A stretch of DNA of 64,000 nucleotides from the human T2T-CHM13v2.0 reference genome, Homo sapiens. Below, piece after piece: positions 1-11,610 of the stretch. The DNA lies in assembly GCF_009914755.1 (NCBI RefSeq), contig NC_060926.1; one strand, 5' to 3'. The notes beneath the pieces were generated by a model that was not told the DNA's origin, made no database searches, and was given only the letters and a program-made list of their open reading frames with translations. Both the position numbers and the translations under genes were made by a program. Positions within the stretch are counted from its first letter, which is position 1; each line of letters starts with the position of its first letter.

Positions 1-1251
1 TTTTGTACAAAACTTGTGGATCCATCAATGAGGCATCTGCCATTTTTTCTTTCTTCCCCTCTATATTACAAGTTCTGGAATGCCTGTTCTAATTCTCCAA
101 GGAGAATTAGAAAATAAAAGGCAGAGTCTAGAGCCATGTCAATATCCTCCCACAGAATGTGTATGGAGAATATTCCACTGGGAACCATGATAGATAAAAA
201 CTTACCAGGAAGAGCAAAACATCAAGAGAGTCTGACAAAAGCTCTGCCCTCCTCTGTAACCCAGCAGCCTCTGCAGAATCATCCTTTCTTCATTGTTTTA
301 AAATGTTGTTAAATACCTTGTCAGTTGCTTTAAAGGGACCCAGACCCATTCTGATATTTTTACAAAATAAATCCAGTCTTTGGGTAAAGGTATAGTAATA
401 CTATCCATGGATCTGATGTTGAGTCGTGGAGGCTTCAAGCTCTGAAGAAGTATGAACTAATTCTAAACAGTGATTAAGCAATTATTATTTTCATTTTACT
501 AATGACATGACTTCTAGAGTTGGAGTGTCAGAATATTCTCTTGGAAGAAAAGGATGCAAGTGTAGACACCTCATCACTAGGTCCAATCCACCTCACAGTG
601 CTACTTTCAGTTTTGTAAAAATTGGTCACGGCAACAAGTTTGAAATAATAGGTTCACTCTCAAACTGGCAACAAGCACGTGATTGAGCTGCATGAATCTG
701 GAAAGGCTTGTCAAACAAAACAGGCTGGTTCACAGCTGAAAGAAAAAAAATACTTCTGGCATTGTACTAAATTCAGAAACCGTATCCGACAAGGGGCTGA
801 GCTGAGGTTGTGGTATGGCCCCAGTCCTAGGATTGGTCCCACCTACTTTGCCTAGTTCCTGACCACATCTGGTAATTCAGTGGTGATGTGATTATGACAT
901 TAACAGTGATAGGTTTCCCCTGCTTAGCTGCTTATTTGATTGTGGATAATGTGTGAATGGGAGCAGGAGAGGCAGTGGTTGGGCGCTGATGTGTTAATGA
1001 ATCCCATGTCTCAATAATTAACACATCTTCTGGATAGCTTTGCAAAAATGCAATCTTTGCTTCAGATTTCACATTTAAGAGCATCTCCCTTTGCTTTGTG
1101 TTTAAAGTTTAAACATTCAGTCCAAATTTTAAAGGTGATAAGCAAATTTAGTGTATTTTGAAGGAAGGAAAACTTTTTTCCTTTTCACTTTTCTCTCACC
1201 ATGTACAGTTGTTTCTGAAGAATGTGTCTAGGGATTGAGTCAGAACTATCA

Positions 1252-1344
1252 GGCTGGGCAAAGTGGCTCATGCCTGTAATACCAGCACTTTGGGAAGCCA
1301 GGGCAGGCGGATCACCTGAGGTCAGGAGTTCGAGACCAACCTGG
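1252..1344 (+). mobile_element. AluS left-arm fragment, 3'-truncated, no tail
   Basis: ggctgggcaaagtggctcatgcctgtaat...gaggtcaggagttcgagaccaacctgg, then an abrupt switch to non-Alu sequence. Confidence 0.85.
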
Positions 1345-2190
1345 AAAGAGCTCCTAGAAGAGTCACTGGTAGAACCAACTGCTCACAGCTTCTTTGGGTG
1401 CTAGACTCATTTAACAACCAGTTGTTGGAAAAATTTTCAATCCTTTTTGATAAGAAAGGTTCTCATAAAAAAAAAAACAACTAAATCTATGCAGAATTTG
1501 TGAGAACAACCTGAGAATATCAAGAATATTTTAAGTCTCATACATATATTTATCATAGACTTATCTGTCTCAAATAAGATCTGGAGTGTCAAATTTCTCA
1601 CAGGATTACCGATGGCAGTAAAAACCTTGTTCTCCTTAGAGTTTTGGACTGAAACTTCAAAGACAATATTTTCTTCTAAATTTAACAATAACAGTTGTAG
1701 TTAAAAATAACTTTCCATTATAATATGATGTTATCCTTTGCTTAGATTCAATGCTACAAAAGTTCTGTTGATGAAATAGAAATAAAACAAAGTCTTTCCA
1801 CCATTTCCAAGGGCAAGTGTCCTAGACGGGCTCCAGTATGTAATGCAGTGGCTGGTTAAGTAGTTTCCAATAACTTGGTATTGACATTACTGCCCCTTCT
1901 GCAATCTCACTCCTTACTCTTGATAAGAGAGCTCTGAGAAATCTCAGGTACCAACTGTTTGAAAGGGCTAGTTTGCCTGTTAGCAGGATCTTGGAGGGAA
2001 AATGCTAGGGACAAGATGATCAGTGTATATGAAAATTGGAAGTTAGTTCAGTTAAGAACATCTAAGCTAAAATACGAACGGCAGAGGACCCATGTGGTCA
2101 AAGATGTCCCGGTATGTGTGGTGGGACTGGGTGGGCCTCCTACTCCTCTGCTCCCAGCACACCAAAACACGTGTTTAGAAAATGCCGATT

Positions 2191-2273
2191 CGTGAACCCG
2201 GGAGGTGGAGCTTGCAGTGAGCCGAGATCCCGCCACTGCACTCCAGCCTGGGCGACAGAGCGAGACTCCGTCT

Positions 2274-2304
<31 letters not shown>
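2191..2304 (+). mobile_element. 5'-truncated young Alu (AluYa5-type) with a pure poly(A) tail and 14-bp TSD
   Basis: cgtgaacccgggaggtggagcttgcagtgagccgagatCCcgccactgc...tctc followed by A30. TSD AGAAAATGCCGATT at 2177-2190 and 2305-2318. Confidence 0.92.
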
Positions 2305-2307
<3 letters not shown>

Positions 2308-5300
2308 AAATGCCGATTAACAACAGGCATGGGAACCTGCCTGCTCAGTGCTATGTTTGGAGGGAAAATATAAAAATCTCATGTTTTTAATTCCCCAGGG
2401 TTCGACCTTGACCAGCATATTTTTTTCCAGAGCTTTTTTCAACACTTTCCCAAAAGGCAGAGGGCAATTAAAAGTCAGAAAGAAACTCTAATTGGCCCTA
2501 AAGATTTTCTGTCAGAAATGCCTGCTAAAAAAGAAAGAAAAATAAATGTATTTTAAAAAAGTACTTCTCTTTGTATTATAGAATATGTTTAATTAATATT
2601 ATTCTAAGCCCTTTTCAAACAGCTCTGAATTTGTATCTTTAGCTAAAAAGGGGGGAGGTCAGGAATATGCTTCCTTCCATGCCTCTCCAACTCTTTCTCA
2701 AAGGATATCTGATACTAGGACAATCCTACACATACAGAAATGCAGCTGAAGTTTACAGAGATCATCTACTTTTACATGTGTGTCTCTGGGCTGTATGCTG
2801 TAGCAAGAGAGGGGACAGAGGAGATCCAGTGCTGAAACAATGTCTGATCCTCATATAAACAGTTCTCTAACTATCATTATAAATATTTTTTAAAAATTTT
2901 TCACCAGTTGGAATGGAAACTTTTAGTCAAAAGAAAGAATATTGAAAACAACGCTAGTATTTACTGTACATTAGAAAGCCAGTGTATTAGAAGCCTTCTA
3001 ACTACTGATAGATCAGTCTGGGCCTTGTGGTTCATTTGGGCCAGACTCAAGCTCAGTATCCCATCTAATGCATCAAATATTTATATATGAAAAATTCTGA
3101 AATGTAAAAATCAACATCAAAATGGAATCAGCCTTTCATAAATGAAATTGCTAAACTGTCAAGTTGTAAAATTTAGAAACTTGATGGCTTAAAGGAAGAA
3201 AGGGAAATTATTGAAGGTAATTTTAATGAGATACCTGTACAGGTCCAATGTATTCTACAAATAACTCAATAATTTGGAAACGTGTGCCAAAAACATGCTT
3301 TTCTTTGGTTGCCAAAGCCAAAAAATATGTATGCCCAACTTTGATTTTCATATAAAACCTGCGAATATAAATTGTACTGTTGTTTCTGGAAACTGGGATT
3401 TATTTCACTTAAATATAATAACTTCCAAATATCTTAGGGCAATTTGTAATAAAATCCTAGTTAACACATTTTTGTGCCAATTCTCTTATTTTTAAATACG
3501 CTCTTATTCTCATCCCAAATGCCATATTACTCAATTACATGAGCATTATTTGAATGTACAATCTTTCAAGATTTCTTCCTTGGAGTATTTCTCAAACTTG
3601 AGCATTAGGATGAGTACAGGAAGGGAGAGCAAGGTATCTACAGAAAATATTATTTTTCTCAAAACTAGCCATCTGGTCATATCACTGTTAGGTTTAATGT
3701 TTGTACAATTTAGTTCACTCTTTGTTTTTTAGGTGGAATTATGTCAAAAAGTGGTTACATAATTGGTTACTTAATTGGACTGTTCTTTCCATTTGGAAAG
3801 AATGGGAAATACAGTCAAGTATGTGATCTTCACATTAGAGGGAGGGCCAAAAGTTCTCCTTAGATAATTCATCTCTTGTTTTACTATGTGGCTTCAAGGG
3901 GTCTAATTAAAAAGTTGTGTAAATTAAAAGAAGGTTGGGAATGTAAGGAAATGTCTCTGAAAATCTCTGGGCAGGATTCTTCTTGGCGAATAAGCAATCT
4001 TAGTACGGAGGGTTGTATAATTATTCTAGTAAATTTATCCCCCCGTCCCCCAGTGCATTCTTGGATTTAACTAGGTGTATCTGTCTTTGCAGTCAACAAA
4101 TTAGGAGGGCTGGGCTATATCTTAACTGTCAAAGTAGACAGATTAACAGTGAAGTTAGCTAATTTCTCTCTTGGTCTGTTTGGCTATTAATGTGAACTTT
4201 TCTACCATTTGCATAGCAGAAAAATAGTACCCACAGAGAAGCATTTGACCCACTCATATTTCTTAGAGGCATGGAAGCTATCTGTTACGTTTTTCTATGT
4301 TTACATACTCCACCTTTGTAGAAACCCTCATGAGCATCAGGGATGTGAATGTCGGTTCTCATTCCCAATCCACACCTACATATTGATAGAATAAAAGGCT
4401 AGGTCGATGGGCAGCACTGAAGCATAATAAATATGATTCAAGAGGTATAAAATAAACAACACTATTATATGTGTAACTGTAGGTATGATCTGTCCCGCTC
4501 ATTTATAAAGATTCCATACTATGTCCTAGTGACTCTTATCTAGGTGGAATGTCATTATATTTGATTTCTCCTATGATAAGTTCACTTTCAGAAAAACATG
4601 TCTTGAGCAATCACTTTATAGCATAAGCTCTTTCCCTATTGCCGGGAGGTAATAGTGAGCATCACTAAGGGTAGTTGGATATAATGGGAGTAGTCACCGA
4701 AGAACTGCAAAGGCTGAAATTAGGGAAAGGAAATATTAAGACTGTTTATTCCCATGGGGAAAACTCTCCAACTCTTTGAAAAAATGCTAGGGAAGCATAA
4801 TTCTAAAAAATGTGAACCACTGAGGCAGCTATGAATGACTACATTGATAACAGATAGACAAGACAATTTTGGGCAAGCAAGTCTTCCTGAAAAAATATGG
4901 GTCATAATTTTAACTACTAAGTCATATTGCTTTTTGAAGTTATACAGTAATGCTCTTTCCTAAAAGTAAAACAAAATAAACAATAATTTACATAACCACT
5001 GATTTAAATGTTTCTTACAAAATTGAATCAGAGAACCTTTGACAAAACTGAAAATGTGGACAGCCTCTGAGTACATTTGGACATCTTGACAGGCAGGGAA
5101 AAAGTCAAAGAAAGTGAAATACGTACCATTTCTTGTGGGCTGGAAACCTGCAGTGCTTTCCTTTGGGAGTTCCACCTCTCAGTGGTTGCTCCTTTTATAG
5201 ATAAGACAGTCTCTGCTTTGAGAGACGATTAATCATGGCCTAATTAAGCTCCCAACATGAAATATCTATTTCAATTGTTTACCCTTCCTATGCTGTCCTT

Positions 5301-7164
5301 GTGGGTGTAATACCATCGGGACCGCCCAGCATTTTGAAATGTACTGCGTGATGGGAAGACAACAAGATGGTTAGAAGTGGTGAGTACATAATGGTAAAAA
5401 AGAATAGCAGAACTACATTCTATTAGCAAAACTCCGTAGGTAGAGCTGAACAAAATCTAAGGAATCCACTTATAATAGCATGTTTCTTTTTCTGAAATAG
5501 GATTCTGTATCTTCTGCATAATGCACTCACCAATTTAATGATTGGAATTTATATTTAACTTTGCTCAGTTTTACCAACTGCCTTGGCCAAGTGAAGTGAT
5601 TACAATGATAAAAGCTGAATGCCAGTTGTAGGTCAGGTGAGATCCAATATTACATGCTGTCAATCATAAAATGGCCAAACGTTCTTGAGATTATGAAACT
5701 ACACTCAGAACTTGCTCTGCATGCAACTGCCCAAAATCATAGTCAGAAAGTCAGAATCAACAGAGAGACTCCATATCCCCAGCCCAAAAATATTAAAAGA
5801 AGTCTTAAAGGGGCTGATTTATTCTCTTGAGAAGGTAAAGTTCTGCCACTATTAGAGGATGGAGGGCATCATCATCTACCAGAGAAAATTTTCTAATTGC
5901 TTCCACAAAGTTATCAGATGTATATCAGTCTCACTACTTTATTTTGACAGTTTAGGATCAGGGACCTTTTGCTGTGGAATCACCAATGAATCAAGACCCC
6001 TGTGGAAAATGCAATGTGAGTGGTGAGCTTTCATTAATAGTGAGGCCACAGGGGAAAGGCATGCATCAGAATTTTTGCAGGGTTTCTAAAACAATATTTT
6101 GTAAAAATTTTATGTTTGAAAAGCAACAAAAAATTAGTGCTATTAGGCTATGAACTACAAAAAGCAAAATTTTATAAAACACTCACTGGTTGAAGGATGG
6201 AATCAGGAAATTTGAACCCATTAAAATTTGCTTGTAAGAAACTGATAATTATCAGGTCACAGAATTTTTCTGAAAGGTTGTTAGACGGTCAAGGAGCTCT
6301 GGTCATTGAATTAATCTTTTTGCTATATAAAGAAATAGAGGTTGGCTGCTCATTTTGTGTTAAACCAAAGGCTGGTACTCAAGAGACATATTGACAGTTT
6401 GATACTATAAAATATTTAAATAATTCCTTCATTCATACATGAAAGTATACCACATATGACCATATAAAGAATATAATGAGGAATACTAAAGAAAATTTTA
6501 AAGATGATCGGATCAATAAAGTAGCATTTACTTGTACATGTGGACAGATTCTATTATAGTAAGAACTAAGTCCACTAATATGTCAACTTCAAATAAGTAC
6601 ACAAACCTTAGAGGTCACATTTTTTCCCCACAAATGCTTATTCCATTTCTGACATCACTTCCTTCTATACTGTTTTGACTATATGATATATGAAGTTAAT
6701 AACATATAGACAGAAATCGTTAATGCGAGGCAGAAGTTCTACAAGAGGAATATAACATATGAAACTAAAAGAGAAATTTACTTAAACATCCCCTTGGGAA
6801 GAAACTGTACTACCATCAATTTTGGGATTGGAATTTTTTGGGATCGACTGATTTGATGTAATACTCTGCATGCTAAAAAGTTGTCTGACATGTAACTGTT
6901 TATGGGCTTATGATCCTGGATGCAGGAAAGGATGTAGATAGAGTCATACTAAGCAACGTAAAAAAAATCAGTGAAATGGAGGAATGTCCAACATATATCT
7001 CAGCACTGTAGGACAGACAAATATTCTGACACTGTGTTCTCCTGGGACATTAAAAAGAGAACATTGCATGACCGAAGGGTTGACGTTTGCAAGAGTTTGA
7101 ATACTTGGTGTCTGTTTTTTTCTTTGGATGATGATACCAGTTGCACAATAATACCATTTTGGTT

Positions 7165-7170
7165 TTTATT
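7165..7170 (-). terminator. Second polyadenylation signal AATAAA (tandem 3' end)
   Basis: + strand TTTATT, about 115 nt downstream of the first signal and about 3.1 kb after the stop codon. Confidence 0.55.
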
Positions 7171-7280
7171 TCTTCAAAACATGAAAACAAAAAATGAAGT
7201 AGATGACAATGAGAAAGGAGAAAACATTTCATACAGAATATGCTGTATCACTAGTGATTAAATCAGAAACAATTAGAAAC

Positions 7281-7286
7281 TTTATT
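7281..7286 (-). terminator. Polyadenylation signal AATAAA with a U/GU-rich downstream element
   Basis: + strand TTTATT. Downstream on the mRNA strand: ...aaatgttttctcctttctcattgtcatctacttcattttttgttttcatgttttg. Confidence 0.55.
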
Positions 7287-8020
7287 TGTCTGTGTCAGTA
7301 ATATGTACCATTTATAAGGAAGAGCACAATTAGTGCATTTCCCGCCCCCCCCCAAGCTGTGCACAATACACACAAAATAAAATAATTTTACACAACTATA
7401 ATAATAACAATCCTGAACAACCAGAATCATAGTTTCCTAGAACATGAAAATTTAAAAAGCAAACAAACCAAAAAGCTTTCAAATTGAAATCGACCAATGC
7501 AAGAATTTCTTAAAGTTCTCTGTGAAAATTTGCTACAGGATTATTGACATTCCTAATACAGCTAAAAAATGAGTGCAAAAATTTTTCTAATGTTTAAACA
7601 ACTTATATTCCTTGAATATATTTACTTGGTGCTTCTAGGCTAGCTTTCCATTTAGCAATTCTCAAAAAAAAAAAAAATAAGGATGGGAAGGATGGGTTAG
7701 AATGACAAAGAATTGTAAAGTGTGGGCCATAGAAAAGTTCCATTGCCAACAAAGATAAAAGATGGGATACACTGGGCTTTCTCAGTGATCTGGATCACCA
7801 ACATGATTGCCCTTCTTGGTTTAAAATGGAGAGATATATTTATCTGCAAGTCGGTCAAAGATAAAGAGGGTGGTTTTCCAAACATATGCCTTATGCTCTC
7901 TTAGTTAAAGAAATTCTTGGGTATAAATACAATTTGGACAATTGCTTTGATACAGTTTCAGTGTGTTTATGTTAAAAGAGTTTCATAATTGTTTTTTCTT
8001 GCAAGATAAAAATCTTTCCA

Positions 8021-8028
8021 TATGGCTT
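8021..8028 (-). promoter_or_regulatory. miR-135 8mer seed match (AAGCCAUA); a 7mer-m8 is also present at 8107-8113
   Basis: + strand TATGGCTT matches the miR-135a 5' end UAUGGCUU. Confidence 0.45.
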
Positions 8029-8061
8029 TCTTCACTTTTACTCATGAAAATAGTAATCACA

Positions 8062-8200
8062 TAAACTGTAACCCTTCTGAGGGCAGGGATCTAGACTGTT
8101 TTGTTCATGGCTTAGTCCCCAGAAAGTATCATACTACCTGGCACATTAAGTGGGTAACCAGCATTTAATTACTCATTCAGTCACCAAATGTTTATTAAAT
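8062..8200. mobile_element. L2 3'-end fragment in the 3'UTR
   Basis: actgtaacccttctgagggcagggatc...tgttttgttcat...cctggcacat resembles the L2 3' terminus. Boundaries approximate. Confidence 0.5.
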
Positions 8201-8389
8201 GAGGAAGGATCATGGTTACTGAGTGACAGAAGAAAAAATAAGTCTCAACAGCTTTAATTTATTAAGTATTTTTGAATCAATACAGAGGGCTAGGAATGTC
8301 TCCAGCCTGGGATTCCTTATAGACACAGAAGTCTCCGAGAGGTGACCAAAGTCATTCTATTATTTTTCTCATTAGTGGACTCACTACTT

Positions 8390-8397
8390 TGGAATGT
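8390..8397 (-). promoter_or_regulatory. miR-1/206 8mer seed match (ACAUUCCA); a 7mer-m8 is also present at 8293-8299
   Basis: + strand TGGAATGT. miR-1 regulation of NCX1 is established. Confidence 0.55.
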
Positions 8398-9889
8398 TGG
8401 GTTTATCCATGTTCTTTGGTATTTTAACATAGAAACAGCTATTCTTTTTAAAGGGTTAAAAATATCCCAGTCCAATCCTCCTGGGAGGTACTAGTCTTAT
8501 TTAATTGCCTTCTCTTTCAGCATAAGTAGAGGAGACAACACTTTTAAAGGCCCGTTGGTCACCCTGGCTTCTTTCTTACTCAGCAACTACTGATATAATC
8601 AAAGAGGACTAGACTGGACAGTGAAAGAAACAGGGCTCAAAATAGCCTTTTAAGTAAAAAAATAAAATGAACAAACCAGCACTATCTACCATCTGTGCCA
8701 GACAGTGCAGATGTGAAATAAATACTTTGCAGGGAGGGGTGTTGTGGAAAGGGTGGCTCTGAAAGCCTAGGCACATCCAACATATCAACGTCTCTATAAG
8801 GCCTTTCTCCTTGGCCTTCCTGAATTAATGGGTGATTTTTAGAGGCCTCTGATGTGTTCCACATGGCTAATTTTCCATGAAGATCTTTGTAGTTTGCCTG
8901 CTATCCTCTCAATAGCTTTAACTTCTCCCCACATGACAGTTATTGCTTCTTAGAAATGAATGTGCAGAACCGTGAACAATAATCCATTTTCTCCTTTTAT
9001 CCCTAGTAATTAATCAAACTCAATAACAGCACAAAAGTAACAACTCAGGTGAAAAGAAAACTCACTTATGTCTTCAATGTCCAATCAACATTGCCAAATG
9101 GGAGAACAGTATGTACTATACTCTACTATATACAGATACTCTTTGTTTTGTTTTATTTGTTTTTCACCATGCACTGTGTAACAGGTATCACAACAACATT
9201 TCCGAACGGCACATGAAGAAGGAGCAAATGTTCAGTCATGACTGGAACAGGATTGTGCAAGCCATGGATGCCTTTGAAAATAAAACTGACAGACAATCCC
9301 AAGCAACGGCAACATGGGACTGAGACACATGTTAATGCAAATGGAAAACGATGATGTGCTTTTTGAATGGGGTTATTCTTACTGTTTGCATAGGGGATGG
9401 CAGGTGGACAGGAGGAACAGGGTTGGGATGGGGCACCTGGGGGCTTAGCTGGGCTGAATGCTGGAAGAAGGACCTTGCCAATCACAGTCCAGAGCTAAAG
9501 AGATAAGAAAGAAAGGATTTTGCACGTTCCTGGGAATCTAGGCACGTTTTCCTTGTACCTGTTAAACGAGACTGCCAGGTATCACATGTTTAAATATCAG
9601 ACTATTTCTAGAACCATCGGATTTCCTGGCTCCATTCCACTTTTATGCTTCTTCTTGGAGGCAGCTTCACCTCCACTCACATTCCGGAGATAAGCATGAA
9701 CTTTGGTAATACGATGAAGACATGCTTCTTTCTTCTTCCATGCCCAGATTTTTTCTTAATCCAAAATAAGTTTTAAAGTGATTGGGGGAGGTGAGGGGGA
9801 ATACTAATGATTTAAATTTTTACCAAAACCCATTTACATTTGGATGGTTTCACTTTCCACAAAGAAAAGCAACAACCCTGACTCTCCCA

Positions 9890-9986
9890 AAAAAACAAAA
9901 CAAAACAAAATAACAAAAATAAAGCCAAACATTAACTACCTCCCCAGCTCCACTGAAAACAAAACCAAAAACAAAACAAATCAAAG
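9890..9986 (+). repeat. (AAAAC)n-like low-complexity tracts (UUUUG-rich on the mRNA)
   Basis: aaaaaacaaaacaaaacaaaataacaaaaat ... aaaacaaaaccaaaaacaaaacaaatc. Confidence 0.8.
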
Positions 9987-10151
9987 CCTTAAGGATTTAT
10001 CAACCTGGAGAGAGTGCAGCCCTTCTAGACTGAGCTGCAAAGATGGCCCTGCCTCCATGCCTTGTTGAACATGATGATGCCCCTGGGAATGGGAGGTGAT
10101 GGTTTTTTACTTCGGCCCTAGTACAGAGTATGCTCTTGAAGCTGGATTCCA

Positions 10152-10159
10152 TCAGCAGG
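10152..10159 (-). promoter_or_regulatory. miR-214-3p 8mer seed match (CCUGCUGA) in the 3'UTR
   Basis: + strand TCAGCAGG. miR-214 repression of NCX1 is established. That this is a functional site is inference. Confidence 0.55.
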
Positions 10160-10257
10160 TAAGTGAACATGACAAATGTCAGTTTCCTCTGTCCATTATA
10201 CATAATTTTTATGTATATATATGTATATATATAAATTTACTATATCTGATAGTTCCT

Positions 10258-10634
10258 TTAGAAGCCTTTTATGTGGCAGTAGGCCTCCAGGGAGGAGAAG
10301 AAAATGTACAAGAGCCATAGGAGCACAAAGAGGCAGGATGTGAGGAGCTTGGCAGTCCGGGGCCCACCCAGCTCACCTCCGATTTCTGGCCTCCGCCGAT
10401 ACAGCAGCACCCCCACATTGATGAAAGCAAAAATGGTGAAGAGAGTGACAGAGAAAGCTAGTGTGCCAGGGGACACTTTGAACTGTTCCCCATTGGCTGC
10501 GTGGTAGATGGCAGCGATGGACCAGGCCACACCGATTCCCAGGAAGACATTCACCGCGTTGCTGCCCGTGACGTTACCTATGGAGGCGTCTGCATACTGG
10601 TCCTGGGTGGCTGCCACTTTGCTGGCAAATGTGT
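10258..10634 (-). CDS. SLC8A1: SLC8A1/NCX1 terminal exon, coding part (D)TFASKVAATQDQYADASIGNVTGSNAVNVFLG...EAYCHIKGF*
   Basis: Inside ORF 10258..10665(-). Acceptor ...tcttcttcctctgcag|AC, TAA at 10260-10258. Contains the alpha-2 motif GNVTGSN and the NCX1 C-terminus HIKGF. Confidence 0.98.
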
Positions 10635-11308
10635 CTGCAGAGGAAGAAGAGAAAGTCAATGACACTCAATCTTTTAGAGATGTCTTTGGAGTGCTGCAAG
10701 CTTCAGCTGTGTACTCTAGGACCCAACCCTTAATATAAACCCAGTGACCAAGAAATGGCTTTGATGTTCCTCTGAGTCAGACTCATGGGGTGAAAAGAAC
10801 AGGATCTAGATATTGGGAGTTAAGGGTTCAGTGCTGGCTGTGTAATGGACTGAGCAAGTGATCTTGGTCAAGTTTTGTATCCACAGATACTGCAGTTCTT
10901 TGTAATATTGACCTTGCAGGGCAGCATTTTTTCAGAAAGTAGTCACAGCTCACCTACATCAGAATCAAGTGGGGTCCTTTCAAAGAGTGAGTATTGCAAG
11001 GTGCCATGCGGCTGTGCTGGTCATAATGACAGCGGCCCAGGAATCTATTTTAACAGTATCCTAAAAGATTCTAGGTCACTAAAGTTTCGGAACAGCTGCT
11101 GGAGGGTATTACTAAAAGATGCTGTATCAGCAGCTCTAGTTTATAGATGAGAAAGTTAAGATGTCGGGAGAGATTTTTCAAGATTCAAGAGCAAGCCAAT
11201 AGTGGAATTGAAAACAATTGAACTATAATAGTGTAGCTGACATTTGCTTAGAGCCTTAAGAATAAAAAAGCAGATTCAGCTATATTACTGCATTGATTGT
11301 GATGGTAC

Positions 11309-11610
11309 TTTTTTATTATTATTTTTTGTTATTATACTTTAAGTTTTAGGGTACATGTGCACATTGTGCAGGTTAGTTACATATGTATACATGTGCCATG
11401 CTGGTGTGCTGCACCCACTAACTCGTCATCTAGCATTAGGTATATCTCCCAGTGCTATCCCTCCCCCAACCCCCACCCCACAGCAGTCCCCAGAGTGTGA
11501 TGTTCCCCTTCCTGTGTCCATGTGATCTCACTGTTCAATTCCCACCTATGAGTGAGAATATGCGGTGTTTGGTTTTTTGTTCTTGCGATAGTTTACTGAG
11601 AATGATGGTT
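11309..11610 (-). mobile_element. L1PA2-like 3'-end fragment (~300 bp, 5'-truncated)
   Basis: Reverse complement of the L1 3'UTR: ttatactttaagttttagggtacatgtgcac...cactaactcgtcatctagcattagg (GAG type, not the L1HS-Ta ACA)...gagaatgatggtt. Confidence 0.93.

Larger units (their letters stand above)
7150..10257 (-). other. SLC8A1: SLC8A1 3'UTR (proximal ~3.1 kb form; a longer form may continue past the window start)
   Basis: Follows the stop codon. Repeat-poor and AU/GU-rich on the mRNA strand, with AATAAA signals at 7286-7281 and 7170-7165. The exact cleavage site is inferred. Confidence 0.7.

Noticed and set aside
10635-10665. N-terminal extension MSLTFSSSSA of ORF 10258..10665, and MCFLPFSL of ORF 34382..34705
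   Set aside because: These are translated polypyrimidine tracts upstream of the true splice acceptors, not protein.
10304-10738. + strand ORFs antisense to SLC8A1 exons (also 55659..55889 and 59882..60114)
   Set aside because: Shadow ORFs from the codon bias of the real minus-strand exons, with no independent coding signal.
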